Notes: generated by a model from the sequence alone, not told the origin. DNA of 64,000 nt from an uncultured Chloroflexia bacterium (GCA_963720825.1 CAVRGY010000012.1:263-64262); one strand, 5' to 3'; counted from the stretch's first letter, positions 23,906-34,781 are shown. Numbers and translations: made by a program.

Positions 23906-25386
23906 CCGGCGGCGTCGGCCGGCGCGACGCCCTCGGCGCGCGCGGGTTCGGGGGATGTCTCGAGCATGAACTTGCGGGCCGAGACGTCGTACGGCACGGG
24001 CTCCGGGTAGTTGCCGTCGAAGCAGGCGAAGCAGAACTGCTCGTACGGGAGCTCGAGCGCGGCGAGCACCCCCCGGATCGACAGGTAGCCCAGCGTGTCG
24101 GCGCCGATGAACTCCCGGATCTGTTCGACCGAATGCGTCCCCGCGATCAGCTCGGTCTCGATCGCGGTATCGATCCCGTAGAAGCACGGGTGGTAGATCG
24201 GCGGTGCGCTGATCCGGACATGGACCTCCCGCGCGCCCGCGCGCCGGAGCAGGCCCACGATCTGCTTGGTCGTGTTGCCGCGCACGATCGAGTCGTCGAC
24301 CACGATCAGGCGGCGGTCGCGGACCACCTCGCGGAGCGGGCTGAGCTTGACGTTGACCCCCCGCTGGCGCATCGCCTGCGAGGGCTGGATGAAGGTGCGG
24401 CCGCTGTACCGGTTGCGAACCATGCCCTCGCGGTACGGGATGCCCGAGGCCTCCGCGAAGCCGGCCGCGGCCGGCGCGCCTGTGTCCGGGACGGGCATCA
24501 CCATGTCCGCCTCCACGGCGTGCTCCGCGGCGAGCTGGATCCCCATCTGGCGGCGCGCCTCGTACAGGTTGCGGCCCTCCATATAGGAGTCGGGACGGGC
24601 GAAGTAGATCAGCTCGAACACGCACAGCGCCGGCGTCGCGGTGGCGTACCGCACCGACACCGGCTCGCGGCCCGGCTCGAGCACCACGATCTCGCCCGGC
24701 TCCACGTCGCGCACGTACTCCGCGCCCACGATGTCCAGCGCCGCGGTCTCCGAGGCGAGCATCCAGCCCGCCGTGTCGTCGCCCCACAGGCCGGGCCCGT
24801 CGGGCTGGCCCGCCGGCGTCGGGAGCCGGCCCAGGACGAGCGGCCGGAAGCCGTGCGGATCCCGGACCCCGATGACGCGCTGCTCGTCGAGCACGACCAG
24901 GCTGTACGCGCCGCGCACGCGGGGCAGCACGCGGCGGAGGGCATCGACGGTGTCCGCGGCGGGCTCGTCGGCGAGCAGCGCGGTCAGGAGCTCCGTGTCG
25001 GTCGACGCGGGGAGGCGCCCGCGACCGCCCTGGAGCTGGGTCAGCAGCTCCCGCGTGTTGACAAGGTTCCCGTTGTGACCGATCGCGAGCGCCCGGCGCG
25101 GGCCCAGCCGGAGCGTCGGCTGCGCGTTCTCCCAGACCGTGGAGCCGGTGGTCGAGTACCGGCAGTGGGCAACCGCGAGGTCGCCGGCGAGCGACGGGAT
25201 GCGCCGCTCGTCGAGGACCTGGCCGACCATGCCCAGGTCCTTGTAGATCATCAGGTTCCGGCCGTCGGACACCCCGACGCCGGCCGACTCCTGGCCGCGG
25301 TGCTGGAGCGCGAACAGCGCCGTGGCGGCGACCGCGGCCGCCTCGTGGCCGCGGTCCGGCAGGACGACGCCGACGACGCCGCACAT
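23902..25386 (-). CDS. purF: Amidophosphoribosyltransferase
   Basis: MCGVVG N-terminal nucleophile, LQHRGQESAG, HCRYST, HNGNL, VVDDSIVRGNT, CFYGID, CFACF. Confidence 0.96.
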   Translation of the reverse strand: MCGVVGVVLPDRGHEAAAVAATALFALQHRGQESAGVGVSDGRNLMIYKDLGMVGQVLDERRIPSLAGDLAVAHCRYSTTGSTVWENAQPTLRLGPRRALAIGHNGNLVNTRELLTQLQGGRGRLPASTDTELLTALLADEPAADTVDALRRVLPRVRGAYSLVVLDEQRVIGVRDPHGFRPLVLGRLPTPAGQPDGPGLWGDDTAGWMLASETAALDIVGAEYVRDVEPGEIVVLEPGREPVSVRYATATPALCVFELIYFARPDSYMEGRNLYEARRQMGIQLAAEHAVEADMVMPVPDTGAPAAAGFAEASGIPYREGMVRNRYSGRTFIQPSQAMRQRGVNVKLSPLREVVRDRRLIVVDDSIVRGNTTKQIVGLLRRAGAREVHVRISAPPIYHPCFYGIDTAIETELIAGTHSVEQIREFIGADTLGYLSIRGVLAALELPYEQFCFACFDGNYPEPVPYDVSARKFMLETSPEPARAEGVAPADAAG

Positions 25387-27734
25387 CAGGCGTCGTCCTC
25401 CATGCCCAGCGCCCGCGGCAGGCCGTGCTCCCACGCGTGCCGCAGGTCGGTGACCGGGACCTCCAGTGCATCCGCGATCCGGCTGCCGCGCTCCTCGGCC
25501 GCGCCCGTGGCGCCTTCGCCGGCCATCTCGATCACCAGCTGCGTGCCACCGGTGACGCCCAGCTCCTCGGTCGGCAGGCCGTGGTGGCGGGCGAGCAGGA
25601 CGAAGGCCGGGACGTGGCGCGGCATGCACCTCGGCCACCAGCCGTGACGGGCTCTCGCCGAACAGCGCCACGGCGGGCGAATCCCCCACCGAGACCCGGA
25701 GCCGCGCACCGCGATCACCCCAGATCGCCATCTCGGCCAGCGCCACCGCGAGCCCGCCGCCGGACACGTCCTGGCAGCCCTCGACGAGGCCGCGGGCGAT
25801 GGCCTCGCGGATGAACGCCTGGACCGCGCGCTCGCGCCCGAGATCGAGCGGTGGCGGGCCGTCCTCGGCAGCGGCGCCGGCGAGACGGGCGTACTCGCTG
25901 CCCGCGAGACCCGGACCGGGCGATCCGACCGCGACCACGACGTTGCCATCCGCGGCGAACGCGGGTCCGACCCGGGTCGACACGTCGGCGAGCAGGCCCA
26001 CGATCCCGATCTCAGGCGTCGGCGCGATCGCGCCCGACCGGGATTCGTTGTACAGGGACACGTTGCCGCCGGTGACCGGCAGCGCCAGCGCGATGCACGC
26101 GTCGGACAGGCCGCGGACAGCCTCGGACAGCTGCCAGAACGCCTCGGGCCGGGTGGGATCCCCGTAGTTGAGGCAGTTGGTGACCCCCAGCGGCCGGGCA
26201 CCCGTGATCGAGACGTTGCGGGCGGCCTCCGCGACCGACATCGCGGCCCCCAGCCAGGGGTCGAGGACCCCGACCGACGCGTTCGCGTCGGTCGTCGCGA
26301 CCAGCGCCTTGGTGGTCCCCTTGATCCGGATGACCGCCGCGCCGCGACCCGGGCCGGCGACGGTGTTGGCCTGGACGTTGTGGTCGTACTGCTCGTACAC
26401 GATCCGCCGCGACGACAGGTTGGCGCGAGCCGAGCAGGGCCAGCAGCACGGCGCCGGGATCCATGCCACGGCCGGGCAGTGCCTCGGTGGGCTCCATGGG
26501 CATGCCCGGCGCGGGCGCCTGGCGGCGGCGTGTGGGCGGTCGGGACGCTCGCTCGAACTCGATCGCCTCCGACGCGAGGGCGCGCGCCGGGATGCGGGCG
26601 AGCTCGCGGGCGCCGGGGACGGGGCGGCCGTCGGCATCGAGGGCACCGGTGCCATTCGGGCCCGCGAGGACCACGATGTCGGGCTGCTCGGTGACCCGTC
26701 CGATGACCGCGACCGGCAGGTCCCACCGCTCGCAGATCGCGCGCACGGCGTCCCAGCGCGCCGGCTCGACGATCGCGACCATCCGCTCCTGGGACTCGGA
26801 GATCATCACCTCGAACGGCTCGAGGCCGGGCTCCCGCCGCGGGATCGCGTCGAGGTCGACCAGCATCCCGGTCCCGCCGCGATCGGCCGTCTCGCACGTC
26901 GCGCAGGTGATCCCGGCCGCGCCGAGATCCTGGACCGAGACCACGACGCCCTTCGGCGATCAGCTCCAGCGTCGCCTCGATCAGCAGCTTCTCGGCGAAC
27001 GGATCGCCGACCTGGACCGACGGACGCTTGGAAGCATCCTGGTCCGCGAACGTCGCACTGGCCAGCACCGATGCGCCACCGATCCCATCGCGGCCGGTGG
27101 CGGATCCATAGAGGACGACGAGGTTGCCCGGTCCGTCCGCGGCAGCCCGCATGAGCATCCCGTCCTCGAGCAGCCCGATCGCCATCACGTTGACCAGCGG
27201 GTTGCCCTGGTAGGACGGGTCGAACACGAGCTCGCCGCCGATGGTCGGGACGCCCACGCAGTTGCCGTACCCGCCGACGCCGCGCACGATACCGTCCACC
27301 AGGTGCCGGGTCCGCGCGTCAGCCGGGTCGCCGAACCGTAGCGCATCGAGCACCGCGATCGGGCGGGCGCCCATCGCAAATACGTCGCGCAGGATCCCGC
27401 CCACGCCCGTGGCCGCTCCCTGGTACGGCTCGACGGCGCTGGGGTGGTTGTGGCTCTCGATCTTGAACGCCACGGCGAGACCGTCGCCGATCGAGATCAC
27501 GCCCGCCTGCTCGCCCACCCCGGCGACCACGTCCTCACCCTTCGTCGGCAGCGTGCGAAGCAGCGGACGGCTGCTCTTGTACGAGCAGTGCTCGCTCCAC
27601 ATCACGCTGAACATCGCGAGCTCGAGGTCATTGGGATCACGGCCCAGCTTCTCCCGGATCGCCTCGAGCTCGACGTCCTCCAGGCCCAGCGTCCGGTGGA
27701 GCGGAACGGAGACGGGGGTCGTGGGTGCGGTCAC
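25386..27734 (-). CDS. purL: Phosphoribosylformylglycinamidine synthase subunit PurL (three apparent +1 frameshifts near 26950, 26426 and 25626)
   Basis: [76 protein letters not shown] are spread over three frames, each joined by removing one base. Confidence 0.9.
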   Translation of the reverse strand: MTAPTTPVSVPLHRTLGLEDVELEAIREKLGRDPNDLELAMFSVMWSEHCSYKSSRPLLRTLPTKGEDVVAGVGEQAGVISIGDGLAVAFKIESHNHPSAVEPYQGAATGVGGILRDVFAMGARPIAVLDALRFGDPADARTRHLVDGIVRGVGGYGNCVGVPTIGGELVFDPSYQGNPLVNVMAIGLLEDGMLMRAAADGPGNLVVLYGSATGRDGIGGASVLASATFADQDASKRPSVQVGDPFAEKLLIEATLELIAEGRRGLGPGSRRGRDHLRDVRDGRSRRDRDAGRPRRDPAAGARPRAVRGDDLRVPGADGRDRRAGALGRRARDLRAVGPAGRGHRTGHRAARHRGPRGPEWHRCPRCRRPPRPRRPRARPHPGARPRVGGDRVRASVPTAHTPPPGARAGHAHGAHRGTARPWHGSRRRAAGPARLAPTCRRGGSCTSSTTTTSRPTPSPARVAARRSSGSRGPPRRWSRRPTRTRRSGSSTPGWGPRCRSRRPPATSRSRVPGRWGSPTASTTGIPPGPRRSGSCPRLSAACPTRASRWRCRSPAATCPCTTNPGRARSRRRLRSGSWACSPTCRPGSDPRSPRMATSWSRSDRPVRVSRAASTPVSPAPLPRTARHRSISGASARSRRSSARPSPAASSRAARTCPAAGSRWRWPRWRSGVIAVRGSGSRWGIRPPWRCSARARHGWWPRCMPRHVPAFVLLARHHGLPTEELGVTGGTQLVIEMAGEGATGAAEERGSRIADALEVPVTDLRHAWEHGLPRALGMEDDA

Positions 27735-28489
27735 GTGGCAGCCCCTGCGGCCGCTCGGATCCCGGTGATGGCGCCGGTGCTCGCCCACTCGGACGCGCTC
27801 ACCACCAGCGAGCGGATGATGCCCAGCCCGTCGTCCGAGCCCAGGATGGCCTCGACCGCCGTCTCCGGGTGCGGCATCAGCCCCGCGACGTTGCCGGCCG
27901 CGTTCTGCACGCCGGCGATGCCGCGGAGCGACCCGTTGGGATTGGCCGCGTCGTCGGGACCGGCGGTCTCACCGTCACGATCCACGTACCGCCACAGCAC
28001 GCGGCCGTCGCGCTCGAGCTCGTCCAGCGTCGCGTCGTCCGCGTAGTAGCAGCCCTCCCCGTGGGCGACAGGCATCCGCAGCGGGCGTCGCTCGCCGATC
28101 TCGCGCGTGAACGGCGTATCGAGGCGCTCCGGCATCAGCGCCACCTCGCGGCACACGAAGCGAAGCCCGCGGTTCCGGAGCAGGGCGCCCGGGACCATGC
28201 CCGCCTCTGCAAGGACCTGGAACCCGTTGCAGATGCCGAGCACCGGCGCGCCGCGATCGGCGAACTCGGCGACCGCGCGCATCACCGGGCTGAAGCGGGC
28301 GATGACCCCGGCGCGCAGGTAGTCGCCGTACGCGAAGCCGCCCGGGATCAGGATCCCGGCGATCCCCGCCAGGTCCGTCGACTCGTGCCACAGGATCTCG
28401 GGCTCCGCACCCGCGAGGCGCAGGGCGTTGACCGCGTCGATGTCGCGGTTGGACCCGGGGAACAGCACGACCCCGATCCGGACGCTCAC
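27731..28489 (-). CDS. purQ: FGAM synthase glutaminase subunit PurQ
   Basis: [41 protein letters not shown]. Confidence 0.96.
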   Translation of the reverse strand: MSVRIGVVLFPGSNRDIDAVNALRLAGAEPEILWHESTDLAGIAGILIPGGFAYGDYLRAGVIARFSPVMRAVAEFADRGAPVLGICNGFQVLAEAGMVPGALLRNRGLRFVCREVALMPERLDTPFTREIGERRPLRMPVAHGEGCYYADDATLDELERDGRVLWRYVDRDGETAGPDDAANPNGSLRGIAGVQNAAGNVAGLMPHPETAVEAILGSDDGLGIIRSLVVSASEWASTGAITGIRAAAGAAT

Positions 28490-28749
28490 TCAACCGCCTC
28501 GATCTCGTACGACTCGATCAGCGGGTTCGAGAGCAGCTCCGCCGCGAGCCGCTCGACCACCGACCTCGCTGCGTCCGGATCGGCCGCCTCGACGCTGAGC
28601 TCGACCCTTCGCCCGACCCGCACGTCGCCGACCCCGTCGATCCCGAGGTGCGGCAGGCTGCGCTCGACGGCCCGGCCCTGCGGATCGAGGATCCCGGGCT
28701 TGGGCGTGACGTTGACGGCGAAACGGAACGGGCGGGTCGGCTCGCTCAT
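28486..28749 (-). CDS. purS: FGAM synthase subunit PurS
   Basis: VTPKPGILDPQGRAV...LLSNPLIESY, 87 aa, between purC and purQ. Confidence 0.94.
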   Translation of the reverse strand: MSEPTRPFRFAVNVTPKPGILDPQGRAVERSLPHLGIDGVGDVRVGRRVELSVEAADPDAARSVVERLAAELLSNPLIESYEIEAVE

Positions 28750-29663
28750 GGGGCGATGACATCCTCCTGCAGGTAGCGGGCGAAGCTCGCCCCCGTGATC
28801 CGCTCGTAGGCCTCCACGTACCGCGCCCGGGTCCCGGCCACGACCTCGTCGGGCAGCTCGGGCCCGGGTGCCGTCTTGTCCCACGGCTGTGCCTCGAGCC
28901 AGTCGCGAACGAACTGCTTGTCGTAGCTCGCCTGCGGACGGCCGGGCTCCCACGTTGCCGCGTCCCAGAACCGTGACGAATCCGGTGTCAGGATCTCGTC
29001 GATCAGGAGCAGCCGGCCATTTGGCAGCAGGCCGAACTCGAACTTGGTGTCGGCGAGAATGATCCCGGCCGTCTCGCACACGGCGGCCCCGCGCTTGTAC
29101 AGGGCCAGGGCGACGGCGCGGACCTGCTCCGCCAGCGTGTCGCCGACCAGATCCTCGACCTGGTGAAACGTGATGTTCTCGTCGTGGTGGCCGGCCGGCG
29201 CCTTGAACGCCGGCGTGAAGATCGGCGCCGGCAGCCGGTCGCTCTCGCGCAGGCCGGCCGGGAACCGGATCCCGCATACGCTGCCATCGGCCTGGTACTC
29301 CTTCCAGCCCGAGCCGGACAGGTATCCGCGCACGACGCACTCGACCGGCAGGACCTCGGTCAGCCGCCCCAGCATCATCCGGCCGCGGAGGTCCGCCATC
29401 AGCGCCGGATCGCGATGGGTGAGGCTCTCGGGCAGGTCGGCCGGATCCGCCGACAGCAGGTGGTTCCCGACCAGGTCCGCCGTCTTCGCGAACCAGAACC
29501 GCGAGAACCCCGTCAGGATGCGGCCCTTGTCCGGGATCGTGGTGGGCAGGATGACGTCGAACGCGCTCAGGCGATCCGACGCCACGAGCAGCAGGCGATC
29601 GTCGCCGACGCGATACAGGTCACGGACCTTGCCCGACCGGTCGAACACCTCAGCGAGCGACAC
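28746..29663 (-). CDS. purC: SAICAR synthetase
   Basis: GKVRDLY, SDRLSAFDV, ECVVRGYLSGSG, ADTKFEFG, DEILTPDSSRFW, DKQFVRDW. Confidence 0.96.
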   Translation of the reverse strand: MSLAEVFDRSGKVRDLYRVGDDRLLLVASDRLSAFDVILPTTIPDKGRILTGFSRFWFAKTADLVGNHLLSADPADLPESLTHRDPALMADLRGRMMLGRLTEVLPVECVVRGYLSGSGWKEYQADGSVCGIRFPAGLRESDRLPAPIFTPAFKAPAGHHDENITFHQVEDLVGDTLAEQVRAVALALYKRGAAVCETAGIILADTKFEFGLLPNGRLLLIDEILTPDSSRFWDAATWEPGRPQASYDKQFVRDWLEAQPWDKTAPGPELPDEVVAGTRARYVEAYERITGASFARYLQEDVIAP

Positions 29664-31012
29664 CGGCGCCCTCCCTTCCGCTTCTCATCTGCGAGTCGCG
29701 CTCGCACCTCGGCCTCGAGCGCGTCCAGCCGCGCGATCACCGCTGGCACGTGCCGGAGCCCCGCGGCATCGTCGAAGCAGGCATCGAGCGAGGCCAGCGG
29801 CAGCCGTCCCGCAACGGCCGGATCCGTGGCCAGGAGCCCGTGGAGCGGCACCCGCTCGTCTGCGGCGCGAAGCGCGTTCCGCTGGACGATCGTATAGGCA
29901 TCCTCGCGCGACAGCCCGCCGTCCTCGACCAGCGCCAGCAGCACGCGCGACGATGCGTGGAGACCCAGCCCGCGCTCGATGTTCTCGCGCATCCGCTCGG
30001 GCCGGACGACGAGGCCCTCGACCAGCCCGGCCGTCCGCTGGAGCATGTAGTCGAGCAGGATCGTCGCGTCGGGCAGGATCACGCGCTCGGCGGACGAGTG
30101 GCTGATGTCGCGCTCGTGCCACAGCGGCTGGTTCTCGAACGCGGTCTGCGCATAGCCACGGAGGAGGCGCGCCAGGCCCGCGATCCGCTCCGACAGGATC
30201 GGGTTGCGCTTGTGGGGCATCGCCGAGCTGCCCTTCTGTCCGCGCTTGAACGGCTCCATGACCTCGGCGATCTCGGTGTGCTGGAGGTTGCGGACCTCCG
30301 TCGCGAGCCGCTCCAGCGAGCCGCCGAGGACGGCGATGGCGCCGACGAACGCGGCGTGCCGGTCACGCTGGACGACCTGGGTGCTGACCGGGTCCACGCG
30401 CAGCCCGAGCTCGGCCAGGACCTCTGCCTCGAGGTCGGGGGCGAGGTGGCTGTACGTCCCGACCGGGCCGCTGATCTTGCCGGTGCCGATCTCCGCGGTG
30501 GCTTGCGCCAGGCGCGCACGGCCGCGGGCGACCTCGAACGCCCAGCCGGCGCACTTGAGCCCGAACGTGGTCGGCTCCGCGTGGACCGAGTGGGTCCGGC
30601 CCATCATCACCGTTCCGGCCTCGGCCCTCGCCCGCGCGATCAGCGCGGCGACGAGGCGATCCGCGTCGGCCAGGAGATGCTCCCCCGCCGCCCGGAGCTG
30701 GAGCGCGAGCGCCGTGTCCACGACATCGCTGCTGGTCAGCCCGAGGTGGAGGTACCGGCCTTCGGGCCCCACGGCCTCGGCGACCTGGGACACGAACGCG
30801 ATGACGTCATGGTCGGTGGTCTGCTCGATCTCGGCGATCCGGTCGACATCGACAACGGCGCGCGCCTCGATCGCGGCCAGGGCGTCGGGCGGGACCATGC
30901 CCCGGCGGGACTCGGCGCGACAGACCGCGAGCTCGACCTCGAGCATCTGCTCGAAGCGTGCGCGGTCGGACCACAGCGCGGCCATCGCGGGCAGCGTGTA
31001 GCGCGGGATCAT
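29567..31012 (-). CDS. purB: Adenylosuccinate lyase (3' end probably over-extended by a +1 error near 29670)
   Basis: MIPRY, HDVIAF, HLGLTSSD, GRTHSVHAEPTT, GSSAMPHKRNP, HERDISHSSAER; the 97-nt overlap with purC is unusually long. Confidence 0.94.
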   Translation of the reverse strand: MIPRYTLPAMAALWSDRARFEQMLEVELAVCRAESRRGMVPPDALAAIEARAVVDVDRIAEIEQTTDHDVIAFVSQVAEAVGPEGRYLHLGLTSSDVVDTALALQLRAAGEHLLADADRLVAALIARARAEAGTVMMGRTHSVHAEPTTFGLKCAGWAFEVARGRARLAQATAEIGTGKISGPVGTYSHLAPDLEAEVLAELGLRVDPVSTQVVQRDRHAAFVGAIAVLGGSLERLATEVRNLQHTEIAEVMEPFKRGQKGSSAMPHKRNPILSERIAGLARLLRGYAQTAFENQPLWHERDISHSSAERVILPDATILLDYMLQRTAGLVEGLVVRPERMRENIERGLGLHASSRVLLALVEDGGLSREDAYTIVQRNALRAADERVPLHGLLATDPAVAGRLPLASLDACFDDAAGLRHVPAVIARLDALEAEVRARLADEKRKGGRRCRSLRCSTGRARSVTCIASATIACCSWRRIA

Positions 31013-32346
31013 GCGACCACCGCCGCGGCCTGCGGCAGGTCGGTCGCGATGTCGTGACGGCGCTGCATCCCGTCCCAGGTGATCGCATCGGCCGCGCGCT
31101 CAGCAACATCCCGCGCGGCCGCGAGGTCCGCTCCCCGCCCGACCACGGTCAGGACGCGGCCCCCGTTGGTGCCGAAGCCACCCTGCGGCCGGCCGGCGGT
31201 CCCGGCGTGGAACACGAGCGCGCCGAGCTCGCGGGCGTCATCGAGACCGGCGATCGGATCGCCGCGCCTCGGATCGCCCGGGTAGCCCTTGGCCGCCAGC
31301 ACGATGCCCACGGCGGCGCCCGGCAGCGCGTCGAGCGCGCCCGGCGCATCGTCCGGCAGCCGGCCCTGCGCGGCCGCGAGGAGGACCGGCGCCAGCGGCC
31401 CGGACAGCCGCGGCAGGATCACCTGCGCCTCGGGGTCGCCGAGCCGGACGTTGCACTCCAGCAGGGCAGGCCCGTCGGGCGTCAGCATCAGGCCCGCGTA
31501 CAGAAAGCCGCGGAACGGCGTCCCACGCCGCCGCATCTCGGCCAGGATCGGGCGATGGACGGTCGCGAGGACCTGTGCGACCGCCGCCGCGTCGAGGTCG
31601 GGCGGCGGCGAGTAGGCGCCCATGCCACCGGTGTTTGGGCCATGATCGCCGTCGCACAGCCGCTTGTGATCGCGTGCCGCGGGCAGCGCGACGGCGCGCT
31701 CGCCGTCGCAGATCGCGATGACGCTGGCCTCGTGCCCCGACAGGCGTTCCTCGACGACCAGCGCGGGCGCGTCGCCGGGACGACCGGCGAGGAATGAGGG
31801 GATGAGGTCGAGCGCCTGGTCGGTCGACTCGGTCACGATCACGCCCTTGCCCGCCGCGAGCCCGTCGGCCTTGAGCACGACACCGGCGCCCGTTGCGCCC
31901 AGCTCGCGCACCCAGGCGACAGCGCCTTCGACATCGCCGCCGCCGAACGCGCGGGCCGCGGCCATCCGGACGCCGGCGATCATCGCGACGTCGTGGCAGA
32001 ACGCCTTCGATGTCTCGAGGCGGGCCGCCGCCCGGGCCGGGCCGAACACGGCGATCCCCGCGGCCGCGAGCGCGTCGGCGACGCCCACGGACAGCGGGGC
32101 CTCTGGCCCGACCACGACCAGATCGACCGTCTCGTCATGCGCCAGCTCGACGACGGCCGCGGGATCCATCGCATCGACCCGGACCGTGCGCACGTGGGGT
32201 TCCGCTGCGACGCCCGCACCGCCCGGCGCGACGACCACCTCGCGGACGCCAGGCTCCCGGGCGAGCTTCCAGGCCAGCGCGTGCTCTCGACCGCCCGCGC
32301 CCAGGACGAGGATCCGGGACGGCATCGCGAGGGTCGCGGGGGACAC
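31009..32346 (-). CDS. purD: Phosphoribosylamine--glycine ligase
   Basis: GAGGREHAL, VVGPEAPL, KADGLAAGKGV, DHKRL, GPNTGGMGAYSP, RLGDPE, TNGGRVL. Confidence 0.96.
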   Translation of the reverse strand: MSPATLAMPSRILVLGAGGREHALAWKLAREPGVREVVVAPGGAGVAAEPHVRTVRVDAMDPAAVVELAHDETVDLVVVGPEAPLSVGVADALAAAGIAVFGPARAAARLETSKAFCHDVAMIAGVRMAAARAFGGGDVEGAVAWVRELGATGAGVVLKADGLAAGKGVIVTESTDQALDLIPSFLAGRPGDAPALVVEERLSGHEASVIAICDGERAVALPAARDHKRLCDGDHGPNTGGMGAYSPPPDLDAAAVAQVLATVHRPILAEMRRRGTPFRGFLYAGLMLTPDGPALLECNVRLGDPEAQVILPRLSGPLAPVLLAAAQGRLPDDAPGALDALPGAAVGIVLAAKGYPGDPRRGDPIAGLDDARELGALVFHAGTAGRPQGGFGTNGGRVLTVVGRGADLAAARDVAERAADAITWDGMQRRHDIATDLPQAAAVVA

Positions 32347-32361
32347 AGGGATCGTCCGCCC

Positions 32362-33669
32362 CTACGCCGGCGTGCCCGGCCGGTGGCGCATCGGCCGCCA
32401 CGCCCGCTCGATGGTCTGGTTGCGCTCCGGACCCACGGACACGAACACGATCGGGACGCCCGCATGCTCCTCGAGCGCGGTCACGTACCGGCGCGCGTTC
32501 TCGGGCAGGCCGGCCAGCGAGCGCACGTCGTGGATCGGCTCCTCCCAGCCGGGGAAGTCCTCGTAGATGGGCGTCGCGCGCGACAGCGCCGAGCCGCTGG
32601 AGGGCCAGGTCTCGACGCGCCGGCCGTCGATGTCATAGGCCACGCACAGCCGGATGGTCTCGATCCCCGACAGGATGTCGAGCTTGTTGAGCACGATCGC
32701 GGAGTTGGAGTTGACCGCGACCGCGTAGCGCATCGGAACCGCGTCGAGCCAGCCGACCCGCCGCGGGCGACCGGTCACCGTGCCGAACTCGCGACCGCGC
32801 TCCGCGATGCCGCGCCCGATGTCGTCGTGGAGCTCGGTCGGGAACGGCCCCGAGCCGACCCGCGTGGCGTAGGCCTTCATGACGCCGATGACCTCGTCGA
32901 CCTGGAGCGGCCCGATCCCGCCGCCCGTGCACGCGCCGCCGGCCACAGGGTTGGATGAGGTGACGAACGGGTAGCTGCCGTGATCGAGATCGAGCAGCGT
33001 TCCCTGCGCGCCCTCGAGCAGGACATGATCGCCACGGCGGAGCGCGTCCTGGACCAGCCACGTGCTGTCGTCGAGGTGATCGCGGAGGCGCTCACCCCAG
33101 GCCGCGGCCTGGCCGACGAGCGGCTCGACCTCGAACGTGTCGGCACCCATCGAGGCGAGCAGCAGATTCTTGTCCGGCAGCGCGCGCGAGATCCGCTCGC
33201 GCAGCACCTCGCGGTCGAGCAGGTCCTCCATGCGCAGCCCCAGGCGCCACGCGCGGTCGCCGTACGTGGGCCCGATCCCCCGGCCGGTGGTTCCGACCTT
33301 CGCGCCCCCGAGCCGGCTCTCGTTCGCGCGGTCCAGGGCCACGTGGTAGGGCATGATCACGTGCGCGCTGCGGCTGACCCGGACCTTCGCCACGTCGACA
33401 CCGCGTCCGGCCAGCATCTCCAGCTCCGCGATCAGCGTCGCCGGGTTGACCACGACGCCGTTCCCGATCACCGACGTGATGTGCGGGTACAGCACGCCAG
33501 ACGGGCACAGCTGGAGCTTGAACACCTCGTCGCCGGTGACGACCGTGTGGCCCGCGTTGTCACCGCCCTGGTAGCGCACGACCATCGCCACCTGCTCGGC
33601 CAGGAAGTCCGTCGTCTTGCCCTTGCCCTCGTCGCCCCACTGGAGGCCGACGATCACCGTCGCGGGCAT
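32362..33669 (-). CDS. purA: Adenylosuccinate synthetase
   Basis: GLQWGDEGKGK, GGDNAGHT, GTTGRGIGP, EGAQGTLLD, GTVTGRPRRVGW; GGAGG RBS. Confidence 0.97.
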   Translation of the reverse strand: MPATVIVGLQWGDEGKGKTTDFLAEQVAMVVRYQGGDNAGHTVVTGDEVFKLQLCPSGVLYPHITSVIGNGVVVNPATLIAELEMLAGRGVDVAKVRVSRSAHVIMPYHVALDRANESRLGGAKVGTTGRGIGPTYGDRAWRLGLRMEDLLDREVLRERISRALPDKNLLLASMGADTFEVEPLVGQAAAWGERLRDHLDDSTWLVQDALRRGDHVLLEGAQGTLLDLDHGSYPFVTSSNPVAGGACTGGGIGPLQVDEVIGVMKAYATRVGSGPFPTELHDDIGRGIAERGREFGTVTGRPRRVGWLDAVPMRYAVAVNSNSAIVLNKLDILSGIETIRLCVAYDIDGRRVETWPSSGSALSRATPIYEDFPGWEEPIHDVRSLAGLPENARRYVTALEEHAGVPIVFVSVGPERNQTIERAWRPMRHRPGTPA

Positions 33670-33878
33670 CGTGTGCCTCCGGGCATGAAACGACCCCGGA
33701 CGAGGCCGGGGTCCTGGATAGACGTCTCCCGCGACTGCCCACCGGCGCTTCGGCGGACCGGGCGGTCAGGGGTGCGGTGCCGTCTCACGGGGCAGACGCC
33801 GCGCCTCCCTCGAGCAATGGTCAGTTCCTCCTTCGCGGTCGGGGAGCTCCGCGCAGCCTCGAGGACCGGGCGAGTATA
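33670..33878 (-). promoter_or_regulatory. Promoter (-10 TATACT) and ~200-nt structured 5' leader of the purine cluster, with terminator-like hairpin
   Basis: TATACT at 33878-33873; several stem-loops; GACCCCGG-N6-CCGGGGTC-GTTTC at 33713-33687 just before the purA RBS. Confidence 0.6.
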
Positions 33879-33944
33879 GCGAACCGCGGGCCACCCGCGA
33901 CGGGGTCCGGCCGCGATCGCGTCGCCGGCGGCCGGGCCCGAGGA

Positions 33945-34325
33945 TCACGGGTGTGAAGGATTGATCGGCGCCAGCCGGGTGCTCGCGCTGGCCAGGTGTC
34001 GAGCCTCGTAGCGGTTCGCCGAAGGAACAGGACGACGGGCAGGATGACCAGCGCGAAGGCGATGAACCCGCCACCGAAGTCGGTCGCCTGCGCGACCAGC
34101 GCCAGCGCGACAACCGATGCAGAGAGCACGGACAGGAACATCTGCGCGCGGGAGAACGATTCGTTCCATGTGAGAGACCGCGTCGCGAGCAGGCTCCAAT
34201 GCTCTGTCGACAGGATCTGAAGATCGGAGCTGTCGGGCACCCGCGACCCCTCGGAGCGCGCCAGCCGATGCGATCGCTGGGATCTCGCCGGCCGGGACGG
34301 CCCGCCCGCCTGGTTCGACGGTCAT
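33945..34325 (-). pseudogene. Truncated membrane-protein gene remnant
   Basis: GGAGG RBS and ATG at 34325; after one +1 shift it reads LQILSTEHWSLLATRSLTWNESFSRAQMFLSVLSASVVALALVAQATDFGGGFIAFALVILPVVLFL (two TM helices), then loses protein-like character near 34020. Confidence 0.6.
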
Positions 34326-34499
34326 GGCACCTCCTCATCGACGGCGCGTGGTCGGGATCACGAGCATCCCCAGCCTACTCCGGCCCGCTCCGGGTCACGC
34401 TGGGCGGCGAGAGCGAATCGAGACGGGTTGATGGCCGCGTATGACGATCCAAGGGCCGCCGCCGGCTCCGCGCGAGGCTGCGTGAAGTCATGGTCGCCA

Positions 34500-34609
34500 G
34501 GGCGGTCGCGATCCCCGCCTCACGCGTCGCTCCGGACGTGCCGGGAATGGTCGCCCCTGCGACAGCCACGCTTGACCCGCCGACGACGATCACGACCTCG
34601 CCACGGGCC
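34500..34609. repeat. Diverged 110-bp direct-repeat copy of the rsmI 3' coding region (partner 37450-37559)
   Basis: Ungapped alignment at offset 2950 with about 15 mismatches in 110 nt; translates ARGEVVIVVGGSSVAVAGATIPGTSGATREAGIATA versus rsmI ARGEVVIVVGWSSGAVAGAVGPGTSGATRDAVIATA. Confidence 0.88.
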
Positions 34610-34781
34610 TGACGGACCGTGGTCGCAGCGCATCGGGGCGGGGCAACCGTCGGTGCGCACGCTGTCATGTGCCTGAGACATCCCCGGTGCCCGTTGGAGT
34701 GGCACTGCGACACGTCACCGATCGTACGCTGGACCGGTCCTGCGCAGCCATGCCCGTCGCAGCAGCCTGGGAGTCCCTCGC

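Noticed and set aside
22766-26655. Apparent purF/purM/purL fusions in the ORF track (901 aa and 917 aa ORFs)
   Set aside because: They are upstream open-frame extensions; purM and purF have their own starts overlapping the preceding stops.
25386-27734. purL as a pseudogene or programmed frameshift
   Set aside because: All catalytic motifs are intact, there is no slippery heptamer, and the same +1 pattern recurs in unrelated genes; most likely sequencing error.
17861-33901. Identical 17-mer CGCGGGCCACCCGCGAC at 17861-17877 and 33885-33901, bracketing tatD-metG-pur
   Set aside because: A few GC-rich 17-nt matches are plausible by chance in 64 kb of this composition; no recombinase is nearby and the enclosed genes are core.
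34375-34713. 112-aa ORF as an independent gene
   Set aside because: Its only protein-like part is the duplicated rsmI fragment, and there is no RBS or promoter geometry.
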